In this document: one piece after another, positions 1-12,362 of the stretch
Layout: each line of letters starts with the position of its first letter
Position numbering within the stretch: the stretch's first letter is position 1
Source: Gnetum montanum
Taxonomy: Eukaryota > Plantae > Gnetophyta
Direction of reading: 5' to 3'
DNA length: 64,000 nucleotides
Assembly (NCBI GenBank): GCA_015680685.1
Contig: MNCI01002498.1
Coordinates: 62,001 to 126,000 of the forward strand
Notes under the pieces: generated by a model
What the model was told of the DNA's origin: nothing
Databases searched by the model: none
What the model saw: only the letters and a program-made list of their open reading frames with translations
Translations under genes and position numbers: made by a program

Positions 1-1508
1 CTATAACATATTTATATCAAGAAGATGGGTTGATGTTCTCAATACGAATGATGGCATAAATGTGATGGTGTGTTGTATCTATAGACATTTAATTACAATG
101 AGGCATTGCATTTGTGCTATAGTAGTTAGAGCTACAACATTGTAATAGATGACAAAAGTAATTTTTTATTATTGATCATACCTCAACAATTGATCAAAAA
201 CTCATTCTCAAGTCATAAAAAAGGGGACAAAATTTGCTACAAAATTTATGGGATTAACACTAACTAATATAAATTGATTAATTAACATTATAAAAAATTT
301 AGGATCATATTACAAAGATTTTTTTGAGTGGTATATATTACAAAAACTGATATGATACTAGAATCATAGACATAAAAAATTTACAAAACTTAAAAATTGT
401 TTAAAATCTACCAATGATGAATCTTTAAGTGGTAATTCATCATTTTCAGCTCTTGCATTAGCACTTTTATCTTGATGCTAAATTTGCTTAGGATGGACCA
501 ATACTTGTTTTCATCAATCCATGGGAAGCTTAGCTAATTTATTAGCAATTATAATTATTCATGGATATCATAGCTTTGAAAACATCTTATTGGGTTACAT
601 AAAACAAGCAACAAATGTGATGTGCTATACTTTGAGCATCATTATCTAATTCTTTAGTTGCTAGTTGATCATCATTGTTTTTGGATTGTTCTCTATCATA
701 TCTCTTTGGTTAGTGAACTTGACATTAAGAACCTTGAGTCTTGCATTTGCAATTTGCAGCTTTTTCTTGGCCTACTCATGTAGTTAGCACTCACTTTTAA
801 AGACAAAAAAAACATGATTGCAAATTTCTTATCTATCTTTCTCTTGGATTAGCTAGTTGTCAACATGACTAAGTTGGAACATTGAACGTTAGCCAATTTT
901 GGATAATGAGTCATGTCAATTTGTAAATTATTTATTTTTATCTCTACTTGATCCATTACATTGATGGCATCCAAGATACTTGTTCATGAAACTATTAGAA
1001 GCTATTGCTAATTGACATTTATTTCACCCTTTGCTACTTTGATATCATTTTTCTTATGTCCTTCTACAACCTCATGTAATATTTTTTTCATAATTTTTTG
1101 ATCATTTCATGTCACTTTGCCTTATTTTTCTAGGTGTCAATCTTGATGATCTTTTTCTATTAGGTCATCCACATCTCCTACGTGAACATAATCATATTCT
1201 CCTTGGTCAACCTTAACATGTGCAAACTACTTTTTTTTCATTTGCTTGCAAATGGATTGAAGGCTATTTTCAAGTTATTTATTCTCTTTTTGCATCCCCT
1301 CTAGCATCTAGTTCTTTGCTACTAGATCCTTAGTTTCATCCTACAACATGACAATGATCTTTTTGAGGATTTATGACTTAGATTTGGCTTGAGATGCTAT
1401 AATACCCCTTAACTAAGAATCCTTGATAAATTACTAATGTGACTCAAACATATATATCATATCTTGTTGACATCCTTGTTAGTAGTGGTAACAATGGTTA
1501 ACAAAGAA

Positions 1509-1620
1509 TGTGGTGTTGTATGACATGTGTAGTTGATATTATTAGTGTGGTGTTATGTGACACATGTAGTTGGTATTATTCATTTGAAGTGTGGTGCTAT
1601 GTGACATGTAGTTGGTATTG
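1509..1620. repeat. Three degenerate tandem copies of a ~38-43 bp unit (GTGGTGTTATGTGACAYATGTAGTTGGTATT)
   Basis: Directly visible: gtggtgttgtatgacatgtgtagttgatatt / gtggtgttatgtgacacatgtagttggtatt / gtggtgctatgtgacatgtagttggtatt. Confidence 0.8.
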
Positions 1621-2477
1621 TTTTGGCTTTTTTAAAAATATTTTGAAGTAATCTAGTAGCTTTCATTATTTTGTTGCATTTACTTTAATTATACATGTTT
1701 TTATTTTAGTTATGTGTACTAACTATGTAAGGTTGTATAGTTAGGTATCTTTGATTGATAGACTAATAACATTGAGACATTATGTGACATATATCATAGT
1801 TGGCATGATTTATCATTATCTTGAAAATAAATATTTTCATATTTATTATTAAATAATTATAACTTGGATGATGACGATGACTTGGATTCCATATGACTAT
1901 AGAGATGACTATGTCATGAGTTAGCGTATGATGAAATTAAATGGCTATAGAAATGATTGTATCATGAGTTGACATAAGAATTCTTACACATGAAATAAGA
2001 AGTCTATGTTAGTTATGGAAGTTTTATGCTAGTAGAGAAGTGAGACTTTGTTGTTTTATGAATGGAACATGCAAACCCATAAGCCCATTCAACATTTGAT
2101 AGTAATCAAATAGGCAGATGCTAATAGAATGCTAATTCATTGTTAGGCATTGCAGAGAGTAAAGAATCAAAGGATTTTTGTTTTGGCCGAAAGGCCAACT
2201 TGTCTCGTGTGATAGGGGGGAGGGGAGTGTATTTTGTCACCCTCCACATCATGCACCATGTAAGATCCCATGAAATGGAAAAAACCATGAACTAAAGAGC
2301 AACACTTTTTCATATTCCTGTTGCACATAATGTGAACCAAAGAGCCATAGCTTTTTGTATTCTCGTTGCACACTTAAAAAGGCCAAATGCAACCAAATGT
2401 ATAATGGGAATGGGAATGGGAATGAGAATTCCATTTCCATTCTATCTCTATCTTTGTCTACAACTATTGTTGTAAGC

Positions 2478-3228
2478 TGCTTGGCCCAATCAAACTAGCT
2501 TTGATGATGCCAACTTTAGAGCTCCATTGGAGCACTGGAAAGGCACCTAGATGGTGGCCCATGCTTCAGTTGCAATAACAAGCTCATCGTCATGTGCTTC
2601 TTCAACCAAGGTAGCAATAAGGTAGTAGGCTAGTCAGCCCTTGCTACATCCTTGCTCAACACCGAGGGCCGCAACATGCACACATCATCAACAATTGTTG
2701 GCAGCGTTGTGGTCGACGCCAGTGTTCTTGGCTATGCCAACGACACTACCTACAGCATGGCCTGGCTTGCATAGATCACCATATACAAGGTTTGGTGGGA
2801 CTATGGCTACTTTAGCTCTAACATCCTTGCAGCCATGGATGCCACTATGTTTGATGGCATTGACATGCTTTCACTCTTGCTTGGTGACAACTTGTAGTAG
2901 TACTACAACAACATCACGATCAACACCTTCACCACTATAGTCCGCTGCCATGTCTTTGTCGCTTGCTCAGCCAAAAACTCTGGACACAGTGCTAACATTG
3001 CCTCAAATATCATGCCCTGGATCATAACCATCATTGCTAGCACCTTTGACCATGACTTCCTAGCCATCACGATGCTTCCAGATGGCAACGTGTATGCCAA
3101 AACCTCACTTTACTTTGGGGAACCACTACTAGAAGACCCAAATCTCACACTCATCTATGCTGGAAACACCAGCCTTGATGGTGATAGAAATGCAAACTTC
3201 TACACTTGTGGCAGCTTGGACCTTGGAG
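2478..3228 (+). pseudogene. Plant subtilisin-like serine protease (subtilase, S8A, SBT1-like) pseudogene fragment: central catalytic domain to start of PA domain
   Basis: Manual translation across one frameshift and several stops: AWPNQTSFDD..HWKGT..CNNKLIVMCFFNQG..SLLNTEGRNMHTSSTIVGSVVVDASVLGYAN..IYKVWW..FSSNILAAMD..DGIDMLSLLLG..VFVACSAKNSG..SNIMPWIITIIASTFDHDF..LIYAGN. This is colinear with the subtilase motifs WPES, CNRKLIGARFF, SPRD-DGHGTHTSST, YKVCW, SDILAA, SCSAGN, APWITTVGA-T-DRDF. The track ORF 3012..3347 is its 3' part. Confidence 0.9.
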
Positions 3229-4222
3229 GTAAAGGAGGTGTGAATCATAATACAATTTTTGTTATAATAGCTAAAATATCCCTTCATTTAGGTTTCTTTT
3301 TTTCTTGGATAAAATTTATATATGAATTATGCCAATATGTTTCTTAAGTAGCTTTGTTTGAATGTATGTTTTAAGCATAAAATTTTGCAAGTAGGGGTAG
3401 GATGAGGGGTAGAGCCAGAGGCATTCGAGGAAGGATGGTAATGACTAAAATTGAAGCTACAGCCTGAAGGGAAGGGTCTTCTAAATTTTTTGTGTCAACA
3501 ATAGCCTTTGGTTATTGGAATCTCTTTCTAGAAACAAACTTTCTACCAGTCTTTTTATGTATGTTTTTGTTAATTTTTTATAGTGAATTGTAATGTGTTG
3601 AACATTAAATTTTGATGATTTTGTCCAATTTTAATAGTTTCACTTCAAGCTAAGCTCTTTTTTCATCAGTACTTAGCATGCCTTTCTATACAATTGCATT
3701 CCCAATGAAAAAACATTTCAAAGTTTGGTTCTGTTCTTTTTTCAATGCTTTTTAGAGTGGCAAGGAATTCTAAAATTGTAATTTTCTGCTACTATCTTGA
3801 GTAATCTTTTTTTGCTACACCCTTTTTCAATGTAAAGGAACATTTTTAAGTTCATTTTCTCTTTATCTCATTGTATATTTTGTGTAGGTTTTATCGTTTC
3901 TATGGTTGTGCTTTGAAATTCAATAGTTACCATGGAGTAGATGCATTCAGTTGTTACAATTGCAATTGCCTTTTTTTTTTTTTTTTGCAATATGCATTTT
4001 AATAAAATGAAAAAGCATTAGAATTTTTGTTAGCACATGAAAATTATTAGCCAATTTGAGATTTCGGCTTGACTTTGATCATAATTTTAACAATTTTTCC
4101 TACTTATTGGGAGGACTTAAAGAGTTCGAATTTGATCATTTCTTGTTACCTTCTTGCATGCAATGAGGCCTTTTCTTTATGTACATATTCTTTAATTGAT
4201 GTAATCTAATGGATGATATGTT

Positions 4223-5442
4223 TGTTAACTAGGTAAATTTTAAAAATAATAATTTCTACACCTTTGGAAACCTAGACCTAGGGAAGATCTCCGGCAAGAT
4301 CATGCTGTGATGATCCTAATCAATGCTAAGGAAAACGACAACGAGCTCTCCGCCGACGCACATGTCTTGCCATATTCATAAATAACCAATTATTTATAAA
4401 TATCCCCTAGCCAAAGAGTCACTATAGGGGAGCCAATGATTATATTTAATTCAGTTATTTATAATCTTGGTTATATATAATGATATATTTATAACCATAA
4501 ACATAAATGATTATAAACATTTGATCATAAATAAAGTTGGTTATTTATAATCATTTTATTATATATATCTTATGGATAATGCTAATCGAGATATAATCAT
4601 CATGGGTTAGCATTATGAATGAATAAATAATATCTCTAATATTATGGATTATGAGTAATATTTCATCATATCTTAGCTTTATTTATTATGAAATGTTTAG
4701 CGTTTGAATGAATATTATAATCCATAATATCTTAGATTATAATTATGGATTATTTCTCTAATTATAATAATTTCATAACATTTATTGGATTCCATAATAA
4801 TTATAATATAATAATTATGAGTGAGGTGTTAGCATCATCCATATCTTGTCCATTATAACAATAATGTCAATATACAAAAGCCCGTGATATAATAATAACA
4901 TTATTTATGCATTTGTAACATGATTTTTTATATCTCCACGAATGAATATGCATTAAAAATATATGTTGCAGTGCCAATTTGGTTTGATATCTTTGTATTC
5001 CCTCATGCACATGTGCCACATGCATGGGAGTTAAAGAATCAGTGCAGCAGAGTTAAATCTCTACTCGATTAATGCCCCCTAACCCTTTAGCTTCCCATTC
5101 ATCTCTTTGTATTCCCCCACATGCACGCACCACATGTAAGGGAGCCAAAGAGTCACTGCAGGGGATCTAAATATCTATTCAATTGACACTCCCAACCCTT
5201 GGGCTCCCCATTCATCTCTTCATATTCCCTCATGTGTAAGGCCCGACATGGGTAATGATGACTATTTATTATTATTATAAATGGTGATGGTTATGATTAC
5301 AGTAATAATAAATATTAATTATTATTATAAATGGTGACAATTATGGTTACAGTGATGGTTACAATCATGGAAATGGTTAAGGTGATGATGGTTATGGTGT
5401 CATGCAGTATTTAAAGATACTGAACTTAGGCATCGTGTTACA
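4223..5442. mobile_element. Probable LTR-like insertion (CpG-retaining, younger than its flanks); left boundary uncertain
   Basis: Ends in ...catcgtgttaca at 5442 (TGTAACACG on the minus strand, a typical plant Gypsy LTR terminus). CpG cluster at 4290-4360 and internal hairpin repeats. No TSD found. Confidence 0.4.
4990..5240. repeat. About 2.2 copies of a ~112 bp tandem unit, each containing an imperfect hairpin
   Basis: ctttgtattccc..catg..catg..ggag..aaaga..tgca..aaat.tcta.tc.att...aaccctt..gct.cccattcatctc repeats at about 4991, 5105 and 5217. Confidence 0.7.
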
Positions 5443-5610
5443 AGATTAAGAGCTACAATATTGGAATTCATGCATTTTTAGAAACATGGATCCTATTGCT
5501 ATTAGTCCCAATAGAGAAGGTGAAGAACACTCTCTTCAAGATTAGCAACAACAACCATCTACTACAACAAGTAGTGCAACAACTATCTACTACAACAAGT
5601 AATGCAATCT

Positions 5611-6099
5611 CTGCTTATATGTGAAGGTGCAAGGGTAATTCTTATAGTTAACCTTTGGTCTAAAGTAGGATTGGTGCATGATGCACATGGCATGATTCCA
5701 AGTATTATGTATCCTTAAGGTAAATAGCCACCTAAATTACCATTATATGTTATTGTTGATTTTGACTCCTACATCGAATATGCCTTTGATAATGGTAATT
5801 TTCATCATGTGCCAATTGTACCTCTGGTCCAAGGAGCATCTTGTCAGTCACCATTACAGTTGTCATGGGCCATAAATATTCATAAATATTAAGGAATGAC
5901 ACTAGATAAGGCTACTATTTACATTAGTTGAAGAGAAGTTATGGATCTAACTTTTGTTGCATTATCTAGAATCAAGACCAGTGATTCTTTAAAGATTCAT
6001 CCTCCTTTTCATGTGCAAAAATACAAAAAGATTTTAGATGCTAAACATCTCCAAAGTAGAATTTCATACGAAGTTCTTTTTGCTCAATTAGAGGATTAG
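5611..6099 (+). pseudogene. C-terminal part of a PIF1-family (SF1B) helicase, probably a Helitron-like RepHel remnant
   Basis: One frame with internal stops: LLICEGARVILIVNLWSKVGLVHDAHG..PPKLPLYVIVDFDSY..VPIVP..QSPLQLSWAINIHKY*GMTLDKATI..LTFVALSRIK..QLED*. It matches PIF1 motifs V and VI (QFPLRLAWAITIHKSQGxTL; YVALSRV). Confidence 0.85.
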
Positions 6100-6920
6100 G
6101 CATATTAATTTCACACTTATCATTGTANTCTCAATTAGAGGATTAGGCATATTAATTTCACACTTATCATTGTATTTGGCCTTTCTCTCAATCCTATTAT
6201 ACAGCTCTATAATGTTTGTTGCAATAATTGTGCAATGTATTCCTTCATCAACATATACAAAATATATAAAATTTTATTTTAACCAATTTATGTTTACTAG
6301 TATATATTATTTGGAATGTAAATAGTGATGAGAACTTAAAAAATAAAAAAAATAATTAAATTTTACTCATACTGCTACACAAGAGAACTTATAGATCTAA
6401 CGTTTGTTGCATTATCTGGAGTCAAGACCATTGATTCTTTAAAGATTCATCCTTCTTTCCATGTGCAAAGATACAAATAAATTTTAGATGCTAAACATGT
6501 CCAAGTAGAATTGTATAAGAAGCTCATTTTTCTCAATTGGAGAATTAGGCTAATTAAGTTCACACTTATCACTGTATTTTTCCTTTTGCTCAATCCTATT
6601 ATGTAGCCTTGTAATGTTTGTTGCAATAATTGTGCAATGTATTCCTTCATCAACATATACGAAATATATAAAATTTTATTTTAACCAATTTATGTTTACC
6701 AGTATATATTATTTGGAATGCAAATAGTGATGATAACTTAAAAAATAAAAAAATAATTAAATTCTACTCATAGCTCGCGAAACCACTACACAAGAGAACT
6801 TACAAGTCTAATGTTTGTTGCATTATCTGGAGTCAAGACCATTGATTCTTTAAAGATTCATCATCATTTCTATGTGCAAATATGCAGAAGGATTTTAGAT
6901 GCTAAACATCTCCAAGTAGA
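5930..6920 (+). repeat. Tandem triplication (~410 bp unit) of the helicase 3' end plus downstream sequence
   Basis: aagagaa.tta...tctaa..tttgttgcattatct.ga.tcaagacca.tgattctttaaagattcatc starts at about 5930, 6380 and 6790. The third copy is truncated at a (TA)n run near 6921. Confidence 0.9.
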
Positions 6921-7457
6921 TATATATATATATCTAAGCTAGTGGACTAGTAGCTAGGAGCACATGGTAGTAGGGTAGGAGCATGTAGCAATAGTGAAGG
7001 TGTTATGAATAAGCAAGTAGCTAAGACTAGATAGTGAAATATGAAGACAAGATTACATTATTTGACATTCTTGTAGATTAAATCATACTATCTAGTGGCA
7101 TATAAGTTTTATGGTCTTTTATTGTAATAATGATGGTTTTTTGTAATGATGGTTTTTTGTTAGTTTTATGGTCTTTTAATCAAGAGTGAGTACCTGACAA
7201 GGAGAGAAGGAGAGATCATAACAAATATCTAGAAAGAGAAAGACATCATGACATAGATGAAAGTGAAAGAGAGTATAGGCATAGTAGAATAAATAAAAAG
7301 AAAACATCAAAGGGGCCATTACAACTATAATATATATAATGAATTGAAAGACTAGGATGAACCCCTACTTATTTTAGGAATCATGCTTAATATCATTAAG
7401 TCCATGTAAATTCTCATAATGCATTAAAGAGATAGTTTCATTAATCTACTTAATAGG

Positions 7458-8313
7458 TGATGAATCATAGTTATCAATCATTAAAGAGATTCATTATCAA
7501 TTAGGCCTCATCGATGAGGCCTTGTCAACTCATCATGTCATGAATCAAAGAGGCCCCATTGACAGTGTCTGTATTTGGCTATAAATACATGTTCACTAGC
7601 CACATTTATGATAACCGAGATTTAGTAGCATGAATCTCTTGTAGTTTGTTCATTTGAGAGTTAGAATTTTTCTCCTGACTACTTGCAGCAGGAGTCATTA
7701 AGTGTAAGGATCTTTATTCAAACATTGTTATACCTGAGCATGAAAGTGTGTGTAGCAATAAATATGAGATTTTTGATAAACCTTGTAGCACTTTGGATAG
7801 ATTAAATATTCTATTTATGCATTTAATATTTTCAATTATTTATTAAATATTTTCTAGTAACTAAGTTAATGAAGCAATTAAGCAAGATAGATTAAACACA
7901 AGTACAACTACTTCAAGTGTAACATGTATTCGCTTGGTAATCCCAATAGTGTTATTACTTGGTATGCCCAATAGCATAGTCCTTGGTAACCCAACAGTGG
8001 ATATGTGGGTTCAAGACATGTATCGAAAGTGGGACCATATGCTTATGTTAGGACTAGTTAGAGACTCTTATCTCCCTTTGAACACCAAACCATAAAATAT
8101 AAAATGATAAAAATTAGATGCCTCAATTACACTTAACCATACCAGTGTACATCACAAGTGTAATTGGGAAGACAATGATTAACCTTAAGGCAAAGATTCA
8201 CTTCCTAGAAGACTAGTGCATTGGAAACTACAAAGTTCATGGAATTTGATTGGATCACATGTGAATGCTTGTGATTCATATGGTTGGGTGTAGGGGTACC
8301 TTTCCACTCATCA
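7458..8313 (+). repeat. 5' LTR of the Athila-like element
   Basis: Aligns with 15468-16389. TATA-like ggctataaat near 7578. Perfect 20-bp palindrome aggcctcatcgatgaggcct at 7503-7522. Confidence 0.9.
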
Positions 8314-8333
8314 TTGGTGCTATTGCTGAGGAC
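8314..8333 (+). promoter_or_regulatory. Primer binding site, Athila type (deaminated TGGCGCCGTTGCCGGGGA)
   Basis: ttggtgctattgctgaggac directly after the LTR; it differs from the Athila PBS only by C>T and G>A changes. Confidence 0.8.
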
Positions 8334-8465
8334 ATTGTTTGTTGAAATGTCTCCTATCTAGGATTAGTGAATATTATTTATATCGTTGGATGAACTCAAG
8401 ATCAACATCACTTTCAATGACATATAAACTACTAAGCACACTCATAATTTTATGTGTTTTGCAAA

Positions 8466-10500
8466 ATGTCTTCTTCTTCTCGTGGATGTGAAGATGTCAA
8501 ACCACTAGTCCCACAGGAGAGTAAAGTGGTATATACTCATCTAGATGAGTATGTACTAGACTTCACCTTCATCCTACATCAAGATGAACAACTATGATGG
8601 CATGATATAGAGGGAAACACTGTCTTGCCTCCTGATCAACTTATGCTCAGGATGCTATTTCAAACTCTTAAGAAGCTGGGCATCATAGATCTTCATGAGG
8701 AATACATTGTGAATGGTTTTGACACTTGAAACTATTGTCCCATTGAAACAAAATGCAAGCAAGATCAATGTCAAGAGAAGCTCCATGAGGTTATGAAGGG
8801 GAAAAATTTCACTAATTCCTTGTTCTTGCTAGATCAAGATGACAATGAGGATCCTCCCTTTGAAGGTTCTCAACATGAAGATTCTCCATCCCCTATTATT
8901 GGTGATGAGGGTGCAACCCTAAACTTGCAATCCACTATTCATAAACTGGGTTTAGGAAAAAGTGATAACCAAGGTAGGAACTTGGGCAAACATCACAATA
9001 ACAAAGGATGTAAGGATGGTGGTTGTAATAAGTGAAAAAGTGATGGTGGATACCATGGTGGTGGTGGTGGTCCACCTTTCTCTCCATCCTCTTCATCTGA
9101 TTCCAAACATTCCTCTTCATTTGTTGGTTCTCATAGAAGCCACTGTCAAAATAATCACAATGAAGGTGATCAACAAGACAACAAGGACTATGAAGGCCAC
9201 TAAGACCGAAGGGATGGCCAAAACCATCATCAATGTCATCGATGTAGTGATGATGATGAACCTCTATTGGTAACTTGAAGTATGCTCAACATTGCAGAGT
9301 AGTTAGAATTCCAACTAGGCATATGAAAGATAGCTGGATCAAGTGCTTAGACATGAATAATATTCTAATATTTTAGGGGGGATATAATTCTAATCTGCAG
9401 ACACATCTATAGCTTTCCATGATGTCTATGCCTTACAGAACATAGAAAATGAATAACAGAAACTCAAGCTCTTCCCTAGGATACTAATCAAGGAAGCTAA
9501 AAGTTAGTATCAGTTTTTGGAACTAGAATCCATTTGTCGATGAAGTATCATGTTAGTGAAATTTATGATAAATACTAGGAGTACTCTAGAGTGTCTAATC
9601 TAAGGAGGTAAATCCAAGGCTAGAAATAGGGAACACATGAACCCTTGGATGTCACCATGAGAAGATACTAGTCACTCTTACATCAATTCCCTAGCCATGG
9701 TTATTCTTAGAGGGAACACCTTTGCCACATTATAGATGGGCTTAGAGCAGAAACTAGAAGAACCCTTGGGGTGTATTCCTAAGGAAGATTGTATGAACTA
9801 AGAGCTCATCATATCCAAAGGCTAATTGAGCAAGTAGCAAAAGAAGAATGTGAGCTATGAAAAATGGAAACTACAAAAGAGTATAATAGGGACCCTTCCA
9901 TTAGAAAATGGGAGGTTCAATTTTGTGATGAGGAGTCACTACTCGATGAAGTGATGAACAAGAAAATCTTGCCCATCTAAAAATCTATTTTTGCTGTTTT
10001 GGAAGAGGTTTATAAAGTATGGAAATCTTGTATGAAAAATTTCAAATTTCTATGAAGATCATTGAAGAATCCAAAGAGCAAAATAGTGAACATAACTGAA
10101 GAAGGCAAAAAGAAGGTGAACATGCCTACCAAAGAGGTAAGGACAAAGCTATATCCATAGAGGAAGTTGTAAAAATCAACTCTGATGATGAAACTAATTA
10201 TGAAATTTGTCAATACAAACATCCAAAATGTTGTTGCCCTATGATGTCACACTTACAAGAGTCTAAGGTGTATGCATTGAATCCTTGACTAGCATGTAGG
10301 CAAGCACCTAGATGATTGCCTTATCCTCAAGGCAATCTAAGACAGTTCCACCAACAACAACAAGCTTACTACCCAAGTGGAGCTCCTCCACAACCTTATG
10401 AATAATATCAACAATGGTACTAACCACAATCATGGGGAATGCCACTTCCAAGGCAGTAATACCCTTATAGGCAACCAAAGTCATATGGGTGCCACTATTG
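8466..10500 (+). pseudogene. gag: Degenerate Athila-type gag (limits approximate)
   Basis: 9370-9800 reads ..THL..FHDVYALQN..KLKLFPRILIKEAKS*YQFLELESI..RRY*SLLHQFPSHG..IDGLR.., matching the Retrotrans_gag pattern HL..F..LFP.SL...AK.W...L...SI..W. A Cys/His knuckle remnant lies near 10280-10325. Confidence 0.7.
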
Positions 10501-12362
10501 CTATTTACTAATGATGGTTTATGCTTAATATTGTGATTGTCGATGTCTAGCTTCTATTTTTGAATTCTGATGTCTAATGACTTTGACATGGTTTATTTTT
10601 CATGGAATAGGTGGTGAGTCCACAACATCTACCCATCCAATAAACTCTATGGTTTTCTATGTTATGGGAATTTGAGGTTCCATCCATTAAAGAAACTTTT
10701 AATCAATTGGTAACCTTGGTAGTTCTGGAATTTGGAAGGATTCAAAAGGTTTGTAAAGGGTGTGACTTCAAGGGACTCAATACTCTTCATACTCTTCTAC
10801 TTACTTGAGTGTTTAAGTGTTTTTCATAGAACTTCTTACCATTCCATTTCAACCACTTATAGGAAGTCAAATAAAGTCTTTCCATGGTGTGGTTTCCATA
10901 AAAAAAAGGATGGGAATTCAAAGTACATCCCTTAGACATAATAAATGAATAAGTCCTTGCATGGTATGGTTCCCATTTCAAAAAAAAATGATGGGAACTC
11001 AAAGCACATCCCTTGGACAAATAAACAAGCTACAAGCACTGGTTATGGAACTAGAACAACATGCACCTATGCTTGAAATTCCCCTCTAACTAAGGCCCTC
11101 TCTCATTTCCTACTTCTCTCTTTTCTTCTCCTTATGGAATGGTAGTTATTTTGTGGAATCACTCTCATGTCTCATGTGGATGGATCAGTCTTAGGGTGGT
11201 GATGCAAAGTCACTAAAAGCAGATAGTTTTGTCTAGATTGAGGATGGAACTTTTTAGGTCATTTTAAACACAAATTCTACAAGGGACTTCTTATGACCTC
11301 AATTTGGAATTCCATTCCACCTTGTCTTTCATCCATCCATGCTACCATAACTCACCTCACTACCGTGTTCTATGTTATGCTTTATGTCTTGGTCTAATGT
11401 GTTGGAATTCTTGGATAGATTCTTTTTTGTTGGTCCTTAACTTTTCTTGACCGTTAATTGACTGTGGGGACCATGAACTCCTTAGTTGAGGTTATGCAAG
11501 GGCAACAAGGGCATGAGCCTACTATGGGGAGGCCCCACTTGCATAGCTCTTAGCTTGATTAGTTAAGGTTCCTTATCTTTGACATTGCCACAATCCTATC
11601 TTTTGCATATTCCATTGTGTATTTTGCTCAGTGCTCCTTAACCTTTTATTTTATTCATCCCCCAAATCATTTTTTCCCTAATTTTTTAAATTTATGAGCT
11701 CCAACACCCTCTTTTCATATTTTTATACTATTCTTGGGCTTTTGAGCTTTCATTTGACCCTAATTTCATTTAATTTTTTTTTTGTATTTTGCAAGTTTCA
11801 CTAAAGTCAATGGTCATCTACGATGATCAAAAGCTATGTCAATGTGGCCCCATTGATGTGGCCTTGTCGACATAGTCCATAAATTGTATATATACCACTA
11901 TGCACTTATAAATTTTTGACATTTGCCTCATAACACATGGGGAGTTTTTACAATTTTTCAAAGCCCAAAACCTTGTAGAGCCCATAATGTCCCAACCGTT
12001 TGTCCAAAGCACTTTGTTTTTTTTATCTTGCACTTACCAAAGGTTAGCTCTTTATCGTGGGGGCTACAAACCTTAAGGTTTCTGATGAAAAAGTGATGAA
12101 ATTTTTTGGAAATTTTTCTAACTTTCCCAAAGGGTTAATAACCTCAACAATATACAAACATCAATTTTTTCAAAAAGTTAGCCCTTTTAACAACCTTTGA
12201 GATGAATTATTACCAATAACACATAAATAAATAATAATTGGAATAATTATATTTTCAATAATCTCAACTTAGCCAAGTGTAACTATCCTTAAGAGATAAA
12301 GGTATACCAATTGCTTTAAGTTACATAATGATTGCTAACCCATGGTCTCATTGTCATTACAG

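Noticed and set aside
200-1400. Minus-strand coding-like stretch
   Set aside because: Many stops and no recognisable motif, so no product can be assigned
2404-2442. (GGGAAT)n with an inverted tail as a telomere-like or regulatory repeat
   Set aside because: Only 3-4 units, not TTTAGGG; simple low-complexity sequence
7094-7160. Short similarity to 20455-20510 (agtg.catat.agttttatggtctttta)
   Set aside because: Too short and AT-rich to define an LTR pair or element boundary
8793-9273. Short His/Gly-rich track ORFs as real genes
   Set aside because: They are alternative frames of the low-complexity N-terminal part of the decayed Athila gag
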